Origin: Escherichia phage HMD-9
Length of the DNA stretch: 64,000 nucleotides
Strand: one strand, 5' to 3'
Sequence record: PV287714.1
The translations under genes were made by a program, and so were the position numbers. How positions within the stretch are numbered: position 1 is the stretch's first letter; each line of letters opens with the position of its first letter. Below are positions 9,586-20,222 of the stretch, one piece after another. Under the pieces are notes generated by a model that saw only the letters and a program-made list of their open reading frames with translations, was not told where the DNA came from and searched no databases.

Positions 9586-9998
9586 TATTTTCCAGCCTCA
9601 AATGCTCGCATGTCTTGAATATGCTTAATAGCAAATCCACGTGATTTAATAGCATCAAGAGCTCCACTACAGAAATCCAATAAAATTCCCCAATATTGTA
9701 ATGAAGTATCAACTTTTAAAACATCCTTATCAGCTGATAGAACTGTCTTCATTTCTGATTTCTCATAACGATCCATACTAAATTCATCACCATCTCCTCG
9801 TCCCGAGTAGTAGTCTAATTTAGCTTTAAGAGCAACTTTTTTCTGTGCTTCAATTCTAAGCATTTCCTTTTTAATACTTGAATGCTTATTAAGCCATTTA
9901 CTATATAACATCACATTATTAGCTGCTTCATACTGTAATTTAGTCGAATCTATAAACACATCTTTCTTCAATTCTTCTTGAAGATCTTCTAATTTCAT
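9585..9998 (-). CDS. uvsY: recombination mediator UvsY
   Basis: 137 aa, T4 UvsY size and position. Confidence 0.92.
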   Translation of the reverse strand: MKLEDLQEELKKDVFIDSTKLQYEAANNVMLYSKWLNKHSSIKKEMLRIEAQKKVALKAKLDYYSGRGDGDEFSMDRYEKSEMKTVLSADKDVLKVDTSLQYWGILLDFCSGALDAIKSRGFAIKHIQDMRAFEAGK

Positions 9999-10038
9999 AT
10001 TGTTCTCTATTCAATTGTTATTGGATGGACTTAGATTC

Positions 10039-10064
10039 ATTATACCACGTTTATACGTGAAGCA
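10039..10064 (-). promoter_or_regulatory. MotA-dependent middle promoter upstream of uvsY
   Basis: Minus strand aaTGCTTCA (MotA box) - 13 nt - TATAAT. Confidence 0.45.
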
Positions 10065-10463
10065 TTATACTCTGTTACTGGAAGCCAGTTGTAGTTTTAT
10101 CTGTTCAATATCATCAGGGTTATCGATGACCGAAAAGCGTATTTCTACTATCAGAGTATAATCATCATAAACCGGTATTACATTAACTGCTAATTTATCA
10201 ATACGTGGCTCGTAGTTTCTTACTGCGCTTTCAATGTTACGCTCAACAGTATCAGCAGTAAGAGGAGTCATATTCTCAAAAAGCTGGTCAGATAAATCGC
10301 ATCCAAATTCTGGGTCAAATGGTCTCGACCCTTTTCTGGTTGTAATAATTCCTAAAAGACTATTTTTAATTGACCTTAATCCAAGGGATCTAGAAACATC
10401 TTTGTCCCAATCCATTTTCATTTCTGGGTCAATGTCAGAATAAAGCTTATTAATATTTGCCAT
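10065..10463 (-). CDS. 25: baseplate wedge subunit gp25
   Basis: 132 aa, position. Confidence 0.92.
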   Translation of the reverse strand: MANINKLYSDIDPEMKMDWDKDVSRSLGLRSIKNSLLGIITTRKGSRPFDPEFGCDLSDQLFENMTPLTADTVERNIESAVRNYEPRIDKLAVNVIPVYDDYTLIVEIRFSVIDNPDDIEQIKLQLASSNRV

Positions 10464-11089
10464 TACAATAGCTCAAAGAATTCTTTGAGTCCTCTTATTA
10501 CATGAGCGTGAGATTTTCCACACTCTGGACATTTAATTGGAACAGCCAAATAAACAGTAGGCTTTAAAAGCATATCTTTTATAGCTACAATATCTGACTC
10601 TGTGATGATAGAATATAAATCTTCCAACTCTTTTTCATTCAAGTCTTCAATTGGAATGCTTTCACCGTTAGCATGAATTGTTTCTATACATGATACTATC
10701 ATGTGGGCTATATTTTTATCATCAAAAATTTTAGGGTAATGGAACTTAATTTTAATGTCGCCCAGTGTATACCAGAGGTCTTCTGGTGCATCTATTTGTG
10801 TATGTAATAGATTTATATGGGTTGGTATTTCAGTTCCACAAGTGCACTTCCAGGAGTTTTCGTGATTAACTTCTCCAAGAGAATGCGCCCATAAATGAAT
10901 CAACAGTAGTTCTGATTCTTGGCGGTTTAAATCTTTTGCATTTGTGCATTCTTTGATTAGCTTTTTAACGTTCTCTTCTACTGAACCGTTCTTTTTAGCA
11001 GTAATAAGTTCTAGATATTCTTTAAGAGTAAATGCGCGACAGTTGATTATTTTAGAACCAACTCTCACATCAAATTTGTATTCATACAT
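10463..11089 (-). CDS. 26: baseplate hub subunit gp26
   Basis: 208 aa, position. Confidence 0.9.
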   Translation of the reverse strand: MYEYKFDVRVGSKIINCRAFTLKEYLELITAKKNGSVEENVKKLIKECTNAKDLNRQESELLLIHLWAHSLGEVNHENSWKCTCGTEIPTHINLLHTQIDAPEDLWYTLGDIKIKFHYPKIFDDKNIAHMIVSCIETIHANGESIPIEDLNEKELEDLYSIITESDIVAIKDMLLKPTVYLAVPIKCPECGKSHAHVIRGLKEFFELL

Positions 11090-11110
11090 ATTTAGCTCCT
11101 TTATTTATCA

Positions 11111-11122
11111 TATTTATAAATA
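11111..11122. promoter_or_regulatory. overlapping divergent late promoters for 26 (-) and 51 (+)
   Basis: TATTTATAAATA contains TATAAATA in both orientations between divergent late genes. Confidence 0.5.
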
Positions 11123-11139
11123 GAATAAAAGGAGCATCT

Positions 11140-11889
11140 ATGGCAAACATTATTCGTTGTAAATTACCAGATGGTGTTCATCGTTTTAAACCATTTACGG
11201 TAGAAGATTATCGAGATTTTTTGTTAGTTCGAAACGATATAGAACATCGGTCACCACAAGAACAAAAAGAAATAATTGCTGATTTAATTGCTGATTATTT
11301 TGGAGACTATCCGAAGACTTGGCAACCATTTATATTTTTGCAGGTATTTGTAGGGTCGATAGGTAAAACTAAAGTACCGGTCACATTTGTATGTCCAAAA
11401 TGTAAAAAAGAAAAGACAGTTCCATTTGAAATATATCAAAAAGAATTAAAGGAACCTGTTTTTGATGTAGCTAATGTTAAAATTAAATTAAAGTTTCCTT
11501 CTGAGTTTTATGAAAATAAAGCAAAGATGATTACTGAAAATATTCATTCTGTTCAAGTAGATGAAACTTGGTATGATTGGAAGGAAATTAGCGAATCAAG
11601 TCAAATAGAACTCGTTGACGCCATCGAGATAGAAACATTAGAAAAAATTCTCGATGCAATGAATCCTATTAATTTAACTCTACATATGTCATGCTGTAAT
11701 AAGTACATTAAAAAATACACTGATATAGTAGACGTGTTTAAGCTATTAGTTAACCCAGATGAGATATTTACTTTTTATCAAATTAATCACACACTTGTAA
11801 AAAGTAATTATAGCTTAAATTCAATAATGAAAATGATTCCTGCCGAGCGCGGATTCGTATTAAAACTGATTGAGAAGGATAAACAATAA
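11140..11889 (+). CDS. 51: baseplate hub assembly protein gp51
   Basis: 249 aa, position. Confidence 0.9.
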   Translation: MANIIRCKLPDGVHRFKPFTVEDYRDFLLVRNDIEHRSPQEQKEIIADLIADYFGDYPKTWQPFIFLQVFVGSIGKTKVPVTFVCPKCKKEKTVPFEIYQKELKEPVFDVANVKIKLKFPSEFYENKAKMITENIHSVQVDETWYDWKEISESSQIELVDAIEIETLEKILDAMNPINLTLHMSCCNKYIKKYTDIVDVFKLLVNPDEIFTFYQINHTLVKSNYSLNSIMKMIPAERGFVLKLIEKDKQ

Positions 11890-13064
11890 TGAGTATGTTG
11901 CAACGCCCCGGATATCCAAATCTCAGCGTTAAATTATTTGATAGCTACGACGCTTGGAGTAATAATAGATTTGTTGAATTAGCTGCTACTATTACCACAT
12001 TAACTATGCGGGATTCTCTTTATGGACGAAATGAAGGAATGCTGCAGTTTTATGATTCTAAAAACATCCATACAAAAATGGATGGAAATGAAATAATTCA
12101 GATTTCTGTAGCTAATGCAAATGATATTAATAATGTTAAAACACGAATTTATGGATGTAAGCATTTTTCCGTGTCAGTAGATTCAAAAGGTGATAACATC
12201 ATTGCTATTGAATTGGGAACTATTCATTCTATAGAAAATCTTAAATTTGGTAGACCATTTTTCCCTGATGCAGGTGAATCTATAAAAGAAATGCTTGGCG
12301 TCATTTATCAAGATCGCACATTATTAACTCCAGCAATAAATGCTATAAATGCTTATGTTCCTGATATTCCGTGGACTAGTACATTTGAAAACTATTTGTC
12401 ATATGTCAGAGAAGTTGCTCTAGCTGTAGGAAGTGACAAATTTGTATTTGTGTGGCAAGACATCATGGGAGTTAACATGATGGACTATGATATGATGATA
12501 AATCAAGAACCATATCCAATGATTGTCGGTGAGCCATCTTTAATAGGTCAATTCATCCAAGAATTAAAATATCCATTAGCATATGATTTCGTTTGGTTGA
12601 CTAAATCGAATCCTCACAAACGTGACCCAATGAAAAACGCTACTATCTATGCGCATTCATTTTTAGATTCTTCATTGCCAATGATTACTACAGGAAAGGG
12701 CGAAAACTCTATTGTAGTGTCAAGATCAGGTGCTTATTCTGAAATGACTTATAGGAATGGGTATGAAGAAGCTATTCGTCTTCAAACTATGGCACAATAC
12801 GATGGCTATGCTAAATGTTCTACTGTCGGTAATTTTAACTTGACACCTGGCGTTAAAATTATTTTTAACGATAGTAAAAACCAATTTAAAACAGAATTTT
12901 ACGTTGATGAAGTCATCCATGAATTATCAAATAATAATTCAGTAACTCATCTATATATGTTCACTAATGCAACGAAACTGGAAACAATAGACCCAGTTAA
13001 GGTTAAAAATGAATTTAAATCTGATACTACCACTGAAGAAAGTAGTTCTTCCAATAAGCAATAA
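11889..13064 (+). CDS. 27: baseplate hub subunit gp27
   Basis: 391 aa, position. Confidence 0.93.
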   Translation: MSMLQRPGYPNLSVKLFDSYDAWSNNRFVELAATITTLTMRDSLYGRNEGMLQFYDSKNIHTKMDGNEIIQISVANANDINNVKTRIYGCKHFSVSVDSKGDNIIAIELGTIHSIENLKFGRPFFPDAGESIKEMLGVIYQDRTLLTPAINAINAYVPDIPWTSTFENYLSYVREVALAVGSDKFVFVWQDIMGVNMMDYDMMINQEPYPMIVGEPSLIGQFIQELKYPLAYDFVWLTKSNPHKRDPMKNATIYAHSFLDSSLPMITTGKGENSIVVSRSGAYSEMTYRNGYEEAIRLQTMAQYDGYAKCSTVGNFNLTPGVKIIFNDSKNQFKTEFYVDEVIHELSNNNSVTHLYMFTNATKLETIDPVKVKNEFKSDTTTEESSSSNKQ

Positions 13065-13542
13065 AGAAGTTTCTATTCCTAAAATGGGTCTTAAACATTA
13101 TAACATTTTAAAAGATGTTAAAGGTCCTGATGAAAATTTAAAACTTCTTATTGATTCTATTTGTCCGAATTTATCACCAGCAGAAGTTGATTTCGTTTCC
13201 ATTCATTTATTGGAATTTAATGGAAAGATTAAATCTCGTAAAGAAATAGATGGTTATACTTATGACATTAATGATGTTTATGTATGCCAAAGATTAGAAT
13301 TTCAATACCAAGGAAATACATTTTATTTTAGACCGCCTGGAAAATTTGAACAATTTTTAACTGTGAGCGATATGTTATCCAAATGCTTGCTTAAGGTCAA
13401 TGATGAAGTTAAAGAAATTAATTTTCTTGAGATGCCAGCATTCGTTTTAAAATGGGCAAATGATATTTTTACAACTTTAGCAATTCCTGGCCCTAATGGT
13501 CCAATAACCGGAATTGGCAATATTATTGGATTATTTGAATGA
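13009..13542 (+). CDS. 28: baseplate hub distal subunit gp28
   Basis: 177 aa, overlaps 3' end of 27. Confidence 0.85.
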   Translation: MNLNLILPLKKVVLPISNKEVSIPKMGLKHYNILKDVKGPDENLKLLIDSICPNLSPAEVDFVSIHLLEFNGKIKSRKEIDGYTYDINDVYVCQRLEFQYQGNTFYFRPPGKFEQFLTVSDMLSKCLLKVNDEVKEINFLEMPAFVLKWANDIFTTLAIPGPNGPITGIGNIIGLFE

Positions 13543-15311
13543 AAAAGCCACAAGAAATGCAAACGATGCGTAGAAAAGTTATTTCAGATAATAAACCAAC
13601 ACAGGAAGCGGCTAAATCCGCTTCTAACACTTTATCTGGACTTAACGATATATCTACGAAATTGGATGATGCTCAAGCTGCTTCTGAGTTAATTGCTCAA
13701 ACTGTCGAAGAAAAATCGAATGAAATAATTGGAGCAATTGACAACGTAGAAAGCGCAGTGAGTGATACTACTGCTGGTTCTGAGTTAATTGCTGAAACCG
13801 TTGAAATTGGCAATAATATTAATAAAGAAATCGGTGAATCACTCGGGAGCAAATTAGATAAATTAACAAGTTTACTAGAGCAAAAAATTCAGACAGCTGG
13901 AATTCAACAAACAGGAACTAGTTTAGCCACGGTTGAAAGCGCTATTCCTGTTAAAGTTGTTGAGGACGATACAGCTGAATCTGTGGGTCCTTTATTACCG
14001 GCTCCTGAAGCAGTTAATAATGATCCTGATGCTGATTTTTTCCCTACCCCTCAGCCAGTCGAACCTAAACAAGAATCGCCAGAAGAAAAACAGAAAAAAG
14101 ACGCATTTAACTTAAAATTATCTCAAGCTTTAGATAAATTAACAAAGACTGTTGATTTCGGATTTAAGAAATCTATTTCAATTACTGATAAAATATCAAG
14201 CATGCTATTTAAGTATACCGTCAGTGCTGCTATTGAAGCTGCTAAAATGACTGCAATGATATTGGCTGTTGTTGTTGGAATAGATCTACTGATGGTTCAC
14301 TTTAAATATTGGTCAGATAAATTTTCGCAGGCTTGGGATTTGTTTAGTTCAAACTTTACTAAATTCTCTAGCGAAACCGGAACATGGGGTCCTTTATTAC
14401 AGAGCATCTTTAGTTCTATTGATGAAATTAAAAAATTCTGGGAAGAGGGAGATTGGGGTGGTTTGACAACAGCTATCATAGAAGGACTTGGAAGTGTTCT
14501 TTTTAATTTAGGAGAGCTTATTCAATTAGGTATGGCTAAATTATCTGCAGCAATTCTTCGAGTCATTCCTGGTATGAAGGATACTGCTGATGAAGTAGAA
14601 GGAAGAGCATTGGAAAATTTCCAAAATTCTACTGGAGCATCTCTCAATAAAGAAGACCAAGAAAAAGTTGCAAATTATCAAGATAAACGAATGAACGGAG
14701 ACCTTGGTCCGATAGCAAAAGGATTAGATAAAATTGCTAATTGGAAAACTCGTGCATCTAATTGGATTCGCGGTGTTGATAATAAAGAAGCACTAACTAC
14801 CGACGAAGAACGTGCAGCAGAAGAAGAAAAATTAAAGCAGCTTTCACCTGAAGAAAGAAAAAATGCTTTAATGAAGGCTAATGAAGCACGTGCCGCGATG
14901 ATTCGTTTTGAAAAATATGCTGATTCAGCTGATATGAGTAAAGACTCAACGGTTAAATCTGTTGAATCTGCCTATGAAGACCTTAAAAAACGGATGGATG
15001 ACCCGGATTTAAACAATTCACCGGCAGTTAAAAAAGAACTTGCTGCTAGATTTTCTAAAATTGATGCTACTTATCAAGAGCTCAAGAAAAATCAGCCTAA
15101 TGCCAAACCTGAAACTTCTGCTAAATCGCCAGAAGCGAAACAGGTCCAGGTTATTGAAAAGAACAAAGCACAGCAAGCTCCTGTTCAGCAAGCATCTCCT
15201 TCAATCAATAATACTAATAATGTTGTTAAGAAAAATACTGTCGTTCATAATATGACACCTGTAACAAGCACAACTGCTCCTGGTGTATTTGATGCGACTG
15301 GAGTTAATTAA
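13539..15311 (+). CDS. 29: baseplate hub / tail length determinator gp29
   Basis: 590 aa, central hydrophobic segment, position. Confidence 0.92.
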   Translation: MKKPQEMQTMRRKVISDNKPTQEAAKSASNTLSGLNDISTKLDDAQAASELIAQTVEEKSNEIIGAIDNVESAVSDTTAGSELIAETVEIGNNINKEIGESLGSKLDKLTSLLEQKIQTAGIQQTGTSLATVESAIPVKVVEDDTAESVGPLLPAPEAVNNDPDADFFPTPQPVEPKQESPEEKQKKDAFNLKLSQALDKLTKTVDFGFKKSISITDKISSMLFKYTVSAAIEAAKMTAMILAVVVGIDLLMVHFKYWSDKFSQAWDLFSSNFTKFSSETGTWGPLLQSIFSSIDEIKKFWEEGDWGGLTTAIIEGLGSVLFNLGELIQLGMAKLSAAILRVIPGMKDTADEVEGRALENFQNSTGASLNKEDQEKVANYQDKRMNGDLGPIAKGLDKIANWKTRASNWIRGVDNKEALTTDEERAAEEEKLKQLSPEERKNALMKANEARAAMIRFEKYADSADMSKDSTVKSVESAYEDLKKRMDDPDLNNSPAVKKELAARFSKIDATYQELKKNQPNAKPETSAKSPEAKQVQVIEKNKAQQAPVQQASPSINNTNNVVKKNTVVHNMTPVTSTTAPGVFDATGVN

Positions 15312-15319
15312 GGAATAAT

Positions 15320-16414
15320 ATGGCAATTGTTAAAGAAATAACTACTGATTTAATTAAAAAGTCCGGTGAGAAAATTTCAGCCGGACAGAGCACTAAATCA
15401 GAAGTAGTAACTAAAACATACACTGCCCAGTTTCCAACTGGGCGTGCTAGTGGTAATGACACTACAGGGGACTTCCAGGTAACAGATCTATATAAGAATG
15501 GATTATTATTTACTGCATACAATATGTCATCTAGGGATTCTGGAAGTCTTAGATCGATGAGATCTAACTACTCTTCTTCATCTTCGAGTATTTTAAGTAC
15601 AGCTAGAAACACTATTAGTAGTACAGTATCAAAACTATCAAATGGATTAATATCAAATAATAATTCAGGAACAATAAGTAAAGCTCCTGTGGCAAATATT
15701 CTTTTGCCGAGATCTAAATCTGACGTTGATACATCATCACATAGATTTAATGATGTTCAAGAAAGTCTTATCAGCAGAGGCGGAGGTACTGCTACTGGTG
15801 TGCTAAGTAATATTGCTTCAACTGCAGTGTTTGGGGCACTGGAAAGTATAACGCAAGGTATAATGGCTGATAATAATGAACAGATTTATACAACAGCCAG
15901 AAGTATGTATGGTGGTGCTGAGAATAGAACTAAAGTGTTTACATGGGATTTGACTCCACGTTCAACAGAAGATTTAATGGCTATTATTAATATCTATCAA
16001 TATTTTAACTATTTTTCTTATGGTGAAACGGGCAAATCTCAATATGCTGCTGAAATAAAGGGGTATTTAGATGATTGGTATCGTTCTACGTTAATTGAAC
16101 CTTTATCTCCGGAAGACGCGGCTAAAAATAAAACACTATTTGAGAAAATGACAGCAAGTTTAACGAACGTTCTAGTAGTTTCAAACCCGACAGTTTGGAT
16201 GGTGAAAAACTTTGGTGCAACATCTAAGTTTGATGGAAAAACGGAAATATTTGGCCCATGTCAAATACAGAGCATTAGATTTGATAAAACGCCTAACGGT
16301 AACTTTAATGGATTAGCTATTGCTCCAAACCTCTCTAGTACATTTACTCTTGAGATTACTATGAGAGAAATTATCACGTTAAACCGTGCTTCTTTATATG
16401 CGGGGACTTTTTAA
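15320..16414 (+). CDS. 48: baseplate tail tube cap gp48
   Basis: 364 aa, position. Confidence 0.9.
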   Translation: MAIVKEITTDLIKKSGEKISAGQSTKSEVVTKTYTAQFPTGRASGNDTTGDFQVTDLYKNGLLFTAYNMSSRDSGSLRSMRSNYSSSSSSILSTARNTISSTVSKLSNGLISNNNSGTISKAPVANILLPRSKSDVDTSSHRFNDVQESLISRGGGTATGVLSNIASTAVFGALESITQGIMADNNEQIYTTARSMYGGAENRTKVFTWDLTPRSTEDLMAIINIYQYFNYFSYGETGKSQYAAEIKGYLDDWYRSTLIEPLSPEDAAKNKTLFEKMTASLTNVLVVSNPTVWMVKNFGATSKFDGKTEIFGPCQIQSIRFDKTPNGNFNGLAIAPNLSSTFTLEITMREIITLNRASLYAGTF

Positions 16415-17379
16415 TGTATTCTTTAGAGGAATTTAATAATCAAGCAATAAACGCAGATTTCCAACGTAATAATATGTTTAGCTGCGTTTTTGCGACAACT
16501 CCATCAACTAAAAGCTCTTCGTTGATAAGTTCAATTAGCAACTTTTCTTATAATAACTTGGGCCTAAATTCAAATTGGTTAGGATTAACTCAAGGTGATA
16601 TTAATCAGGGAATTACCACGCTAATTACAGCTGGCACACAAAAACTAATAAGAAAATCAGGAGTCAGTAAATATCTTATTGGTGCCATGAGTCAACGTAC
16701 TGTCCAGAGTTTATTAGGCTCATTTACGGTTGGTACATATTTAATTGACTTCTTTAACATGGCATATAACTCATCTGGATTGATGATATATTCTGTAAAA
16801 ATGCCAGAGAATAGATTATCCTATGAAACTGACTGGAACTATAATTCTCCTAATATTCGTATAACTGGGAGAGAATTAGACCCTTTGGTTATTTCATTTA
16901 GAATGGATTCAGAAGCTTGTAACTATCGTGCAATGCAAGACTGGGTTAACTCCGTTCAAGACCCAGTAACTGGATTACGTGCTTTGCCACAAGATGTCGA
17001 GGCAGATATTCAGGTTAATCTTCATTCTCGCAATGGATTGCCTCATACTGCGGTGATGTTCACCGGATGCATTCCAATATCAGTGAGCGCTCCTGAGCTA
17101 TCATATGATGGAGATAACCAAATAACTACATTTGATGTTACTTTTGCGTACAGAGTGATGCAGGCTGGAGCAGTTGATAGGCAAGCTGCGCTTGAATGGC
17201 TTGAATCTGCTGCTATAAATGGTATTCAAAGCGTTCTCGGAAATAGTGGAGGTGTTACTGGACTATCTAATTCGCTTTCACGACTTAGTAGATTAGGAGG
17301 AACTGCGGGAAGCATTTCAAACATTAATACTATGACGGGAATTGTCAACTCGCAAAGTAAAATATTAGGAGCAATATAA
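16414..17379 (+). CDS. 54: baseplate tail tube initiator gp54
   Basis: 321 aa, position. Confidence 0.9.
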   Translation: MYSLEEFNNQAINADFQRNNMFSCVFATTPSTKSSSLISSISNFSYNNLGLNSNWLGLTQGDINQGITTLITAGTQKLIRKSGVSKYLIGAMSQRTVQSLLGSFTVGTYLIDFFNMAYNSSGLMIYSVKMPENRLSYETDWNYNSPNIRITGRELDPLVISFRMDSEACNYRAMQDWVNSVQDPVTGLRALPQDVEADIQVNLHSRNGLPHTAVMFTGCIPISVSAPELSYDGDNQITTFDVTFAYRVMQAGAVDRQAALEWLESAAINGIQSVLGNSGGVTGLSNSLSRLSRLGGTAGSISNINTMTGIVNSQSKILGAI

Positions 17380-17383
17380 CAAT

Positions 17384-17401
17384 GGGGACCTTTCGGTCCC
17401 C
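17384..17401. terminator. bidirectional terminator between 54 (+) and minus-strand alt region
   Basis: GGGGACC-TTTC-GGTCCCC followed by T-run. Confidence 0.55.
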
Positions 17402-17407
17402 ATATTT

Positions 17408-17698
17408 TTATTTACGGAATGAAATAAAAGCAGCAACTGAAGCAACTAAACTGTCTTCAATATAAACTTCAATTTTTACCGGAGCTTCTGACTCAAATTT
17501 ACCTGTTACTACACCTTGGAAAATACTTTCAGTCTGTTCTGGCTTTGAAAAATTTTCAGAAGGAAAAATTCCGAACTTTTTATCTGTTCCAAAAATTTTG
17601 ATAAATTCATCATAAACTGCTTCATTAAAAGCATTATCAGCAGGAATAACGCCTTCAACTACAAGTTCTTGACCTAAAAAGCGCAAAGAAGATTTCAT
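17408..17698 (-). CDS. hypothetical protein (T4 alt.-3 position)
   Basis: 96 aa ORF downstream of alt. Confidence 0.7.
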   Translation of the reverse strand: MKSSLRFLGQELVVEGVIPADNAFNEAVYDEFIKIFGTDKKFGIFPSENFSKPEQTESIFQGVVTGKFESEAPVKIEVYIEDSLVASVAAFISFRK

Positions 17699-17705
17699 TT
17701 TGTGT

Positions 17706-17760
17706 TCCTCATGTTATGTCAGTAAGATTACTATAACACAACATGAGGGACTTGTAAACT
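17706..17760 (-). promoter_or_regulatory. early-type promoter plus leader inverted repeat (copy 1 of repeated cassette)
   Basis: Minus strand GTTTACA..TATAGTAAT; inverted repeat CCCTCATGTTGTG/CATAACATGAGG spans SD; near-identical copy at 31232-31290. Confidence 0.45.
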
Positions 17761-17934
17761 ACATTTTGAACTTTTTAGTACGCGTAATAGGCATGCGTCG
17801 ATTTTATACTGTTTCATTGTTTGAAGAGCAGTATCAAAAACAGCATTAATGACACCAATTGGATTTCCACCCATGTTTTTAAGCTTAACTAATGATAGTT
17901 TCTCATTAACACCTATCATTACGATATGCATCAT
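17731..17934 (-). CDS. Alt N-terminal paralogue, distal half (T4 alt.-2-like)
   Basis: MMHIV..MKQYKIDACLLRVLKS aligns to Alt residues ~64-125. Confidence 0.7.
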   Translation of the reverse strand: MMHIVMIGVNEKLSLVKLKNMGGNPIGVINAVFDTALQTMKQYKIDACLLRVLKSSKCSLQVPHVVL

Positions 17935-18116
17935 TTTATCGCCCGGCTTAACGTTTTATTCGTATCACCGCCAGAGGTGTATGTACAAAATCTAAATCCA
18001 GGAAGCACACTTTCTTCACCGGCTTGAATAGCAAAAATTTGAGGTATTTTATGCTTAGGATTTAAGTTAACAACCGGCGCCGAAGCGCCGTCAAATAATT
18101 CTGTAATAAGTTCCAT
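17931..18116 (-). CDS. Alt N-terminal paralogue, proximal half (T4 alt.-1-like)
   Basis: MELITELFD..PGFRFCTYTSGGDTN aligns to Alt residues 1-55; out of frame with the next ORF. Confidence 0.7.
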   Translation of the reverse strand: MELITELFDGASAPVVNLNPKHKIPQIFAIQAGEESVLPGFRFCTYTSGGDTNKTLSRAIK

Positions 18117-18119
18117 GAT

Positions 18120-20171
18120 TTATCCTTGAACAAACTTGTAAGGCATGTTTGCAATATCTATGCAAGACGCAATAATTCCAAGAGATGATTCTGCTTTCTG
18201 TTTAACATTTGATGAAACAAACGATGCAAAGTCAACTCTATCTTCTATATCACCTGTCATTGTAACCAATTCACCAGTTTCCATTAAACGGTCACCGTCA
18301 TAAATTACCGATTCGGTGAGTTCTTCTGTGGTCATAACTTCAGCTTGAATAAGCTTGTTGTTAGTTCTAATTGTTCCATCGTTGTAAGATGCATCAGTTA
18401 TTTTATTAACTTTGACCATTAATCCACGTGGCAAAATGACTTCCATTTCATTTGAAGGCGCTAAACTTCCACCGGGTAAAACAACATTGACCTTATCAGC
18501 CCCAGTAATAACCCATCCAATTCCAACTAAATTATCGCTAGAATTTACAAGTCCTTCATCAGTTTTATCAATAGAAACACTTAAACGCTTTTCGTCTGGT
18601 AAAACACCCACAGATGAATCAGTCATCCAAGTACCAAAAATATTTGGATATAATGATGTTGACACAAAGTTTCTAAAATAAAAAACTCGATTTTTTACCA
18701 TTGCTTCGTATATTGAAGGTAACATTCGTTGTGAACGATACAAAGTAATACCTTTTGGTAATCGTTCACCATTTTTAAAGGCTGAATCTAAATTATCAAT
18801 GGCTTGTTCTATTTCAGGTGCTGTTAAAATACTTGTACGCTCATCTGGATTATATAATCCCAAAAGAGCATTATTCATGTCTACATATCCTGAACCTACA
18901 TATTCACGAATTCCGCGTTTTTGCGCTGGTGTGTATTTAGATGAATCTTTATTTTCGACTATAGGATGTAATGACCATCCAGCGGTAAGAGCATATCCAC
19001 GTAATTCTCTTCGAATAATCTTTGTTTTTATTGCATTCCAAGAATTTTGTACTAACTCATTTGCAGCATCTTGGTTTAAATGCGAATGTCTGTTAATATT
19101 TCTTTCAAACCAAGCACCTTTATATTTTTCTAAAGTATCATCGACGATAGAAGCAATAGTTTCTAAAGTTTTTATTGAAGTAATAGATTCTTTTCGTAAT
19201 TTTTCTAAAGCTTTATTTTTTATTTCTGCATTAATAATGGATTCTTTATCTTCAGGAATTATAGAAGCTTCTCTGAATGCCATCCCAGCTGTAACACTGC
19301 TAAGAGCATTCTCTAATGCAAATCCTGAAGTAGAAATAACAGTTAATTCGTTAGCATCAGAAATTAAAGGCGCGTCGGCGGGTTTATTTAATTCTGCTGC
19401 TGAAGCCTCAAATTTTTGAAACATTGGTGTTTCAAATCTAGAAGATTCCAATGACTGACTTTGTGCAATTGCTCTACGGGAAATTTTAACTTTAACAATA
19501 ACAGCTTGGTCAGAACGCTTATCATTTTCTTGCGCAATAGATGCAGCAATTGCCTCATTTTTAGTTACTTGAGCTCCAGTATCTTTATTGATATAAACAT
19601 CACCGACCTTCGATTCAACTTTAGTAAAGAGCTCGGTGCTAATTTCCGGAACTCCTGGAATGTCTTCTAGTGATACATTTTTGCGATGTATAAGAATATA
19701 TGCATACTTTTTATCGTAATCCCAGAGTTCCTTAAGAAGGACGTATCTGCCGCCTGAACGACTGCGGATAAGTCTATCAGCAATAACTTGAATTTGTCGA
19801 GCTTGACCAGCAGTTTTAGACTTAAGAATACGAAGCATGCAGGCATCAATTTTATACTGACGCATCGTTTGCATCGCAACAGTAAAAACTGAATTGATGT
19901 AATTAATTGGGCTTGGACCGAGACCTTTTAATTTAGCAATTGAACCTTTAGCAGTTAATGTAAAAGGAACGATGTGCATCATTTTATCGCCCATCTTTAA
20001 ATCACGGTTAGTATCACCTCCAGATGTATAAGTACATAAACGAAAGCCTGGTTGTTCTATTGCGTCATCAACATGAACTGAAAAAATTTGTGGTATTTTC
20101 TTCTTTGGATACAAATTTGTAATCGGAAGAGTAGTATTTTCGTCAAATAATTCTGTAATAAGTTCCATCAT
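18120..20171 (-). CDS. alt: RNA polymerase ADP-ribosyltransferase Alt
   Basis: 683 aa; T4 Alt size and N-terminal sequence. Confidence 0.93.
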   Translation of the reverse strand: MMELITELFDENTTLPITNLYPKKKIPQIFSVHVDDAIEQPGFRLCTYTSGGDTNRDLKMGDKMMHIVPFTLTAKGSIAKLKGLGPSPINYINSVFTVAMQTMRQYKIDACMLRILKSKTAGQARQIQVIADRLIRSRSGGRYVLLKELWDYDKKYAYILIHRKNVSLEDIPGVPEISTELFTKVESKVGDVYINKDTGAQVTKNEAIAASIAQENDKRSDQAVIVKVKISRRAIAQSQSLESSRFETPMFQKFEASAAELNKPADAPLISDANELTVISTSGFALENALSSVTAGMAFREASIIPEDKESIINAEIKNKALEKLRKESITSIKTLETIASIVDDTLEKYKGAWFERNINRHSHLNQDAANELVQNSWNAIKTKIIRRELRGYALTAGWSLHPIVENKDSSKYTPAQKRGIREYVGSGYVDMNNALLGLYNPDERTSILTAPEIEQAIDNLDSAFKNGERLPKGITLYRSQRMLPSIYEAMVKNRVFYFRNFVSTSLYPNIFGTWMTDSSVGVLPDEKRLSVSIDKTDEGLVNSSDNLVGIGWVITGADKVNVVLPGGSLAPSNEMEVILPRGLMVKVNKITDASYNDGTIRTNNKLIQAEVMTTEELTESVIYDGDRLMETGELVTMTGDIEDRVDFASFVSSNVKQKAESSLGIIASCIDIANMPYKFVQG

Positions 20172-20191
20172 ATCCTCTCTAGTGTTTATTC

Positions 20192-20199
20192 TATTTATA
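20192..20199 (-). promoter_or_regulatory. late promoter upstream of alt
   Basis: Minus-strand TATAAATA about 20 nt upstream of alt ATG. Confidence 0.45.
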
Positions 20200-20204
20200 A
20201 AATT

Positions 20205-20222
20205 AAAGGCCCGAAGGCCTTT
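20205..20222 (-). terminator. stem-loop/terminator upstream of alt
   Basis: AAAGGCC-CGAA-GGCCTTT, T-rich tail on minus strand. Confidence 0.45.
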
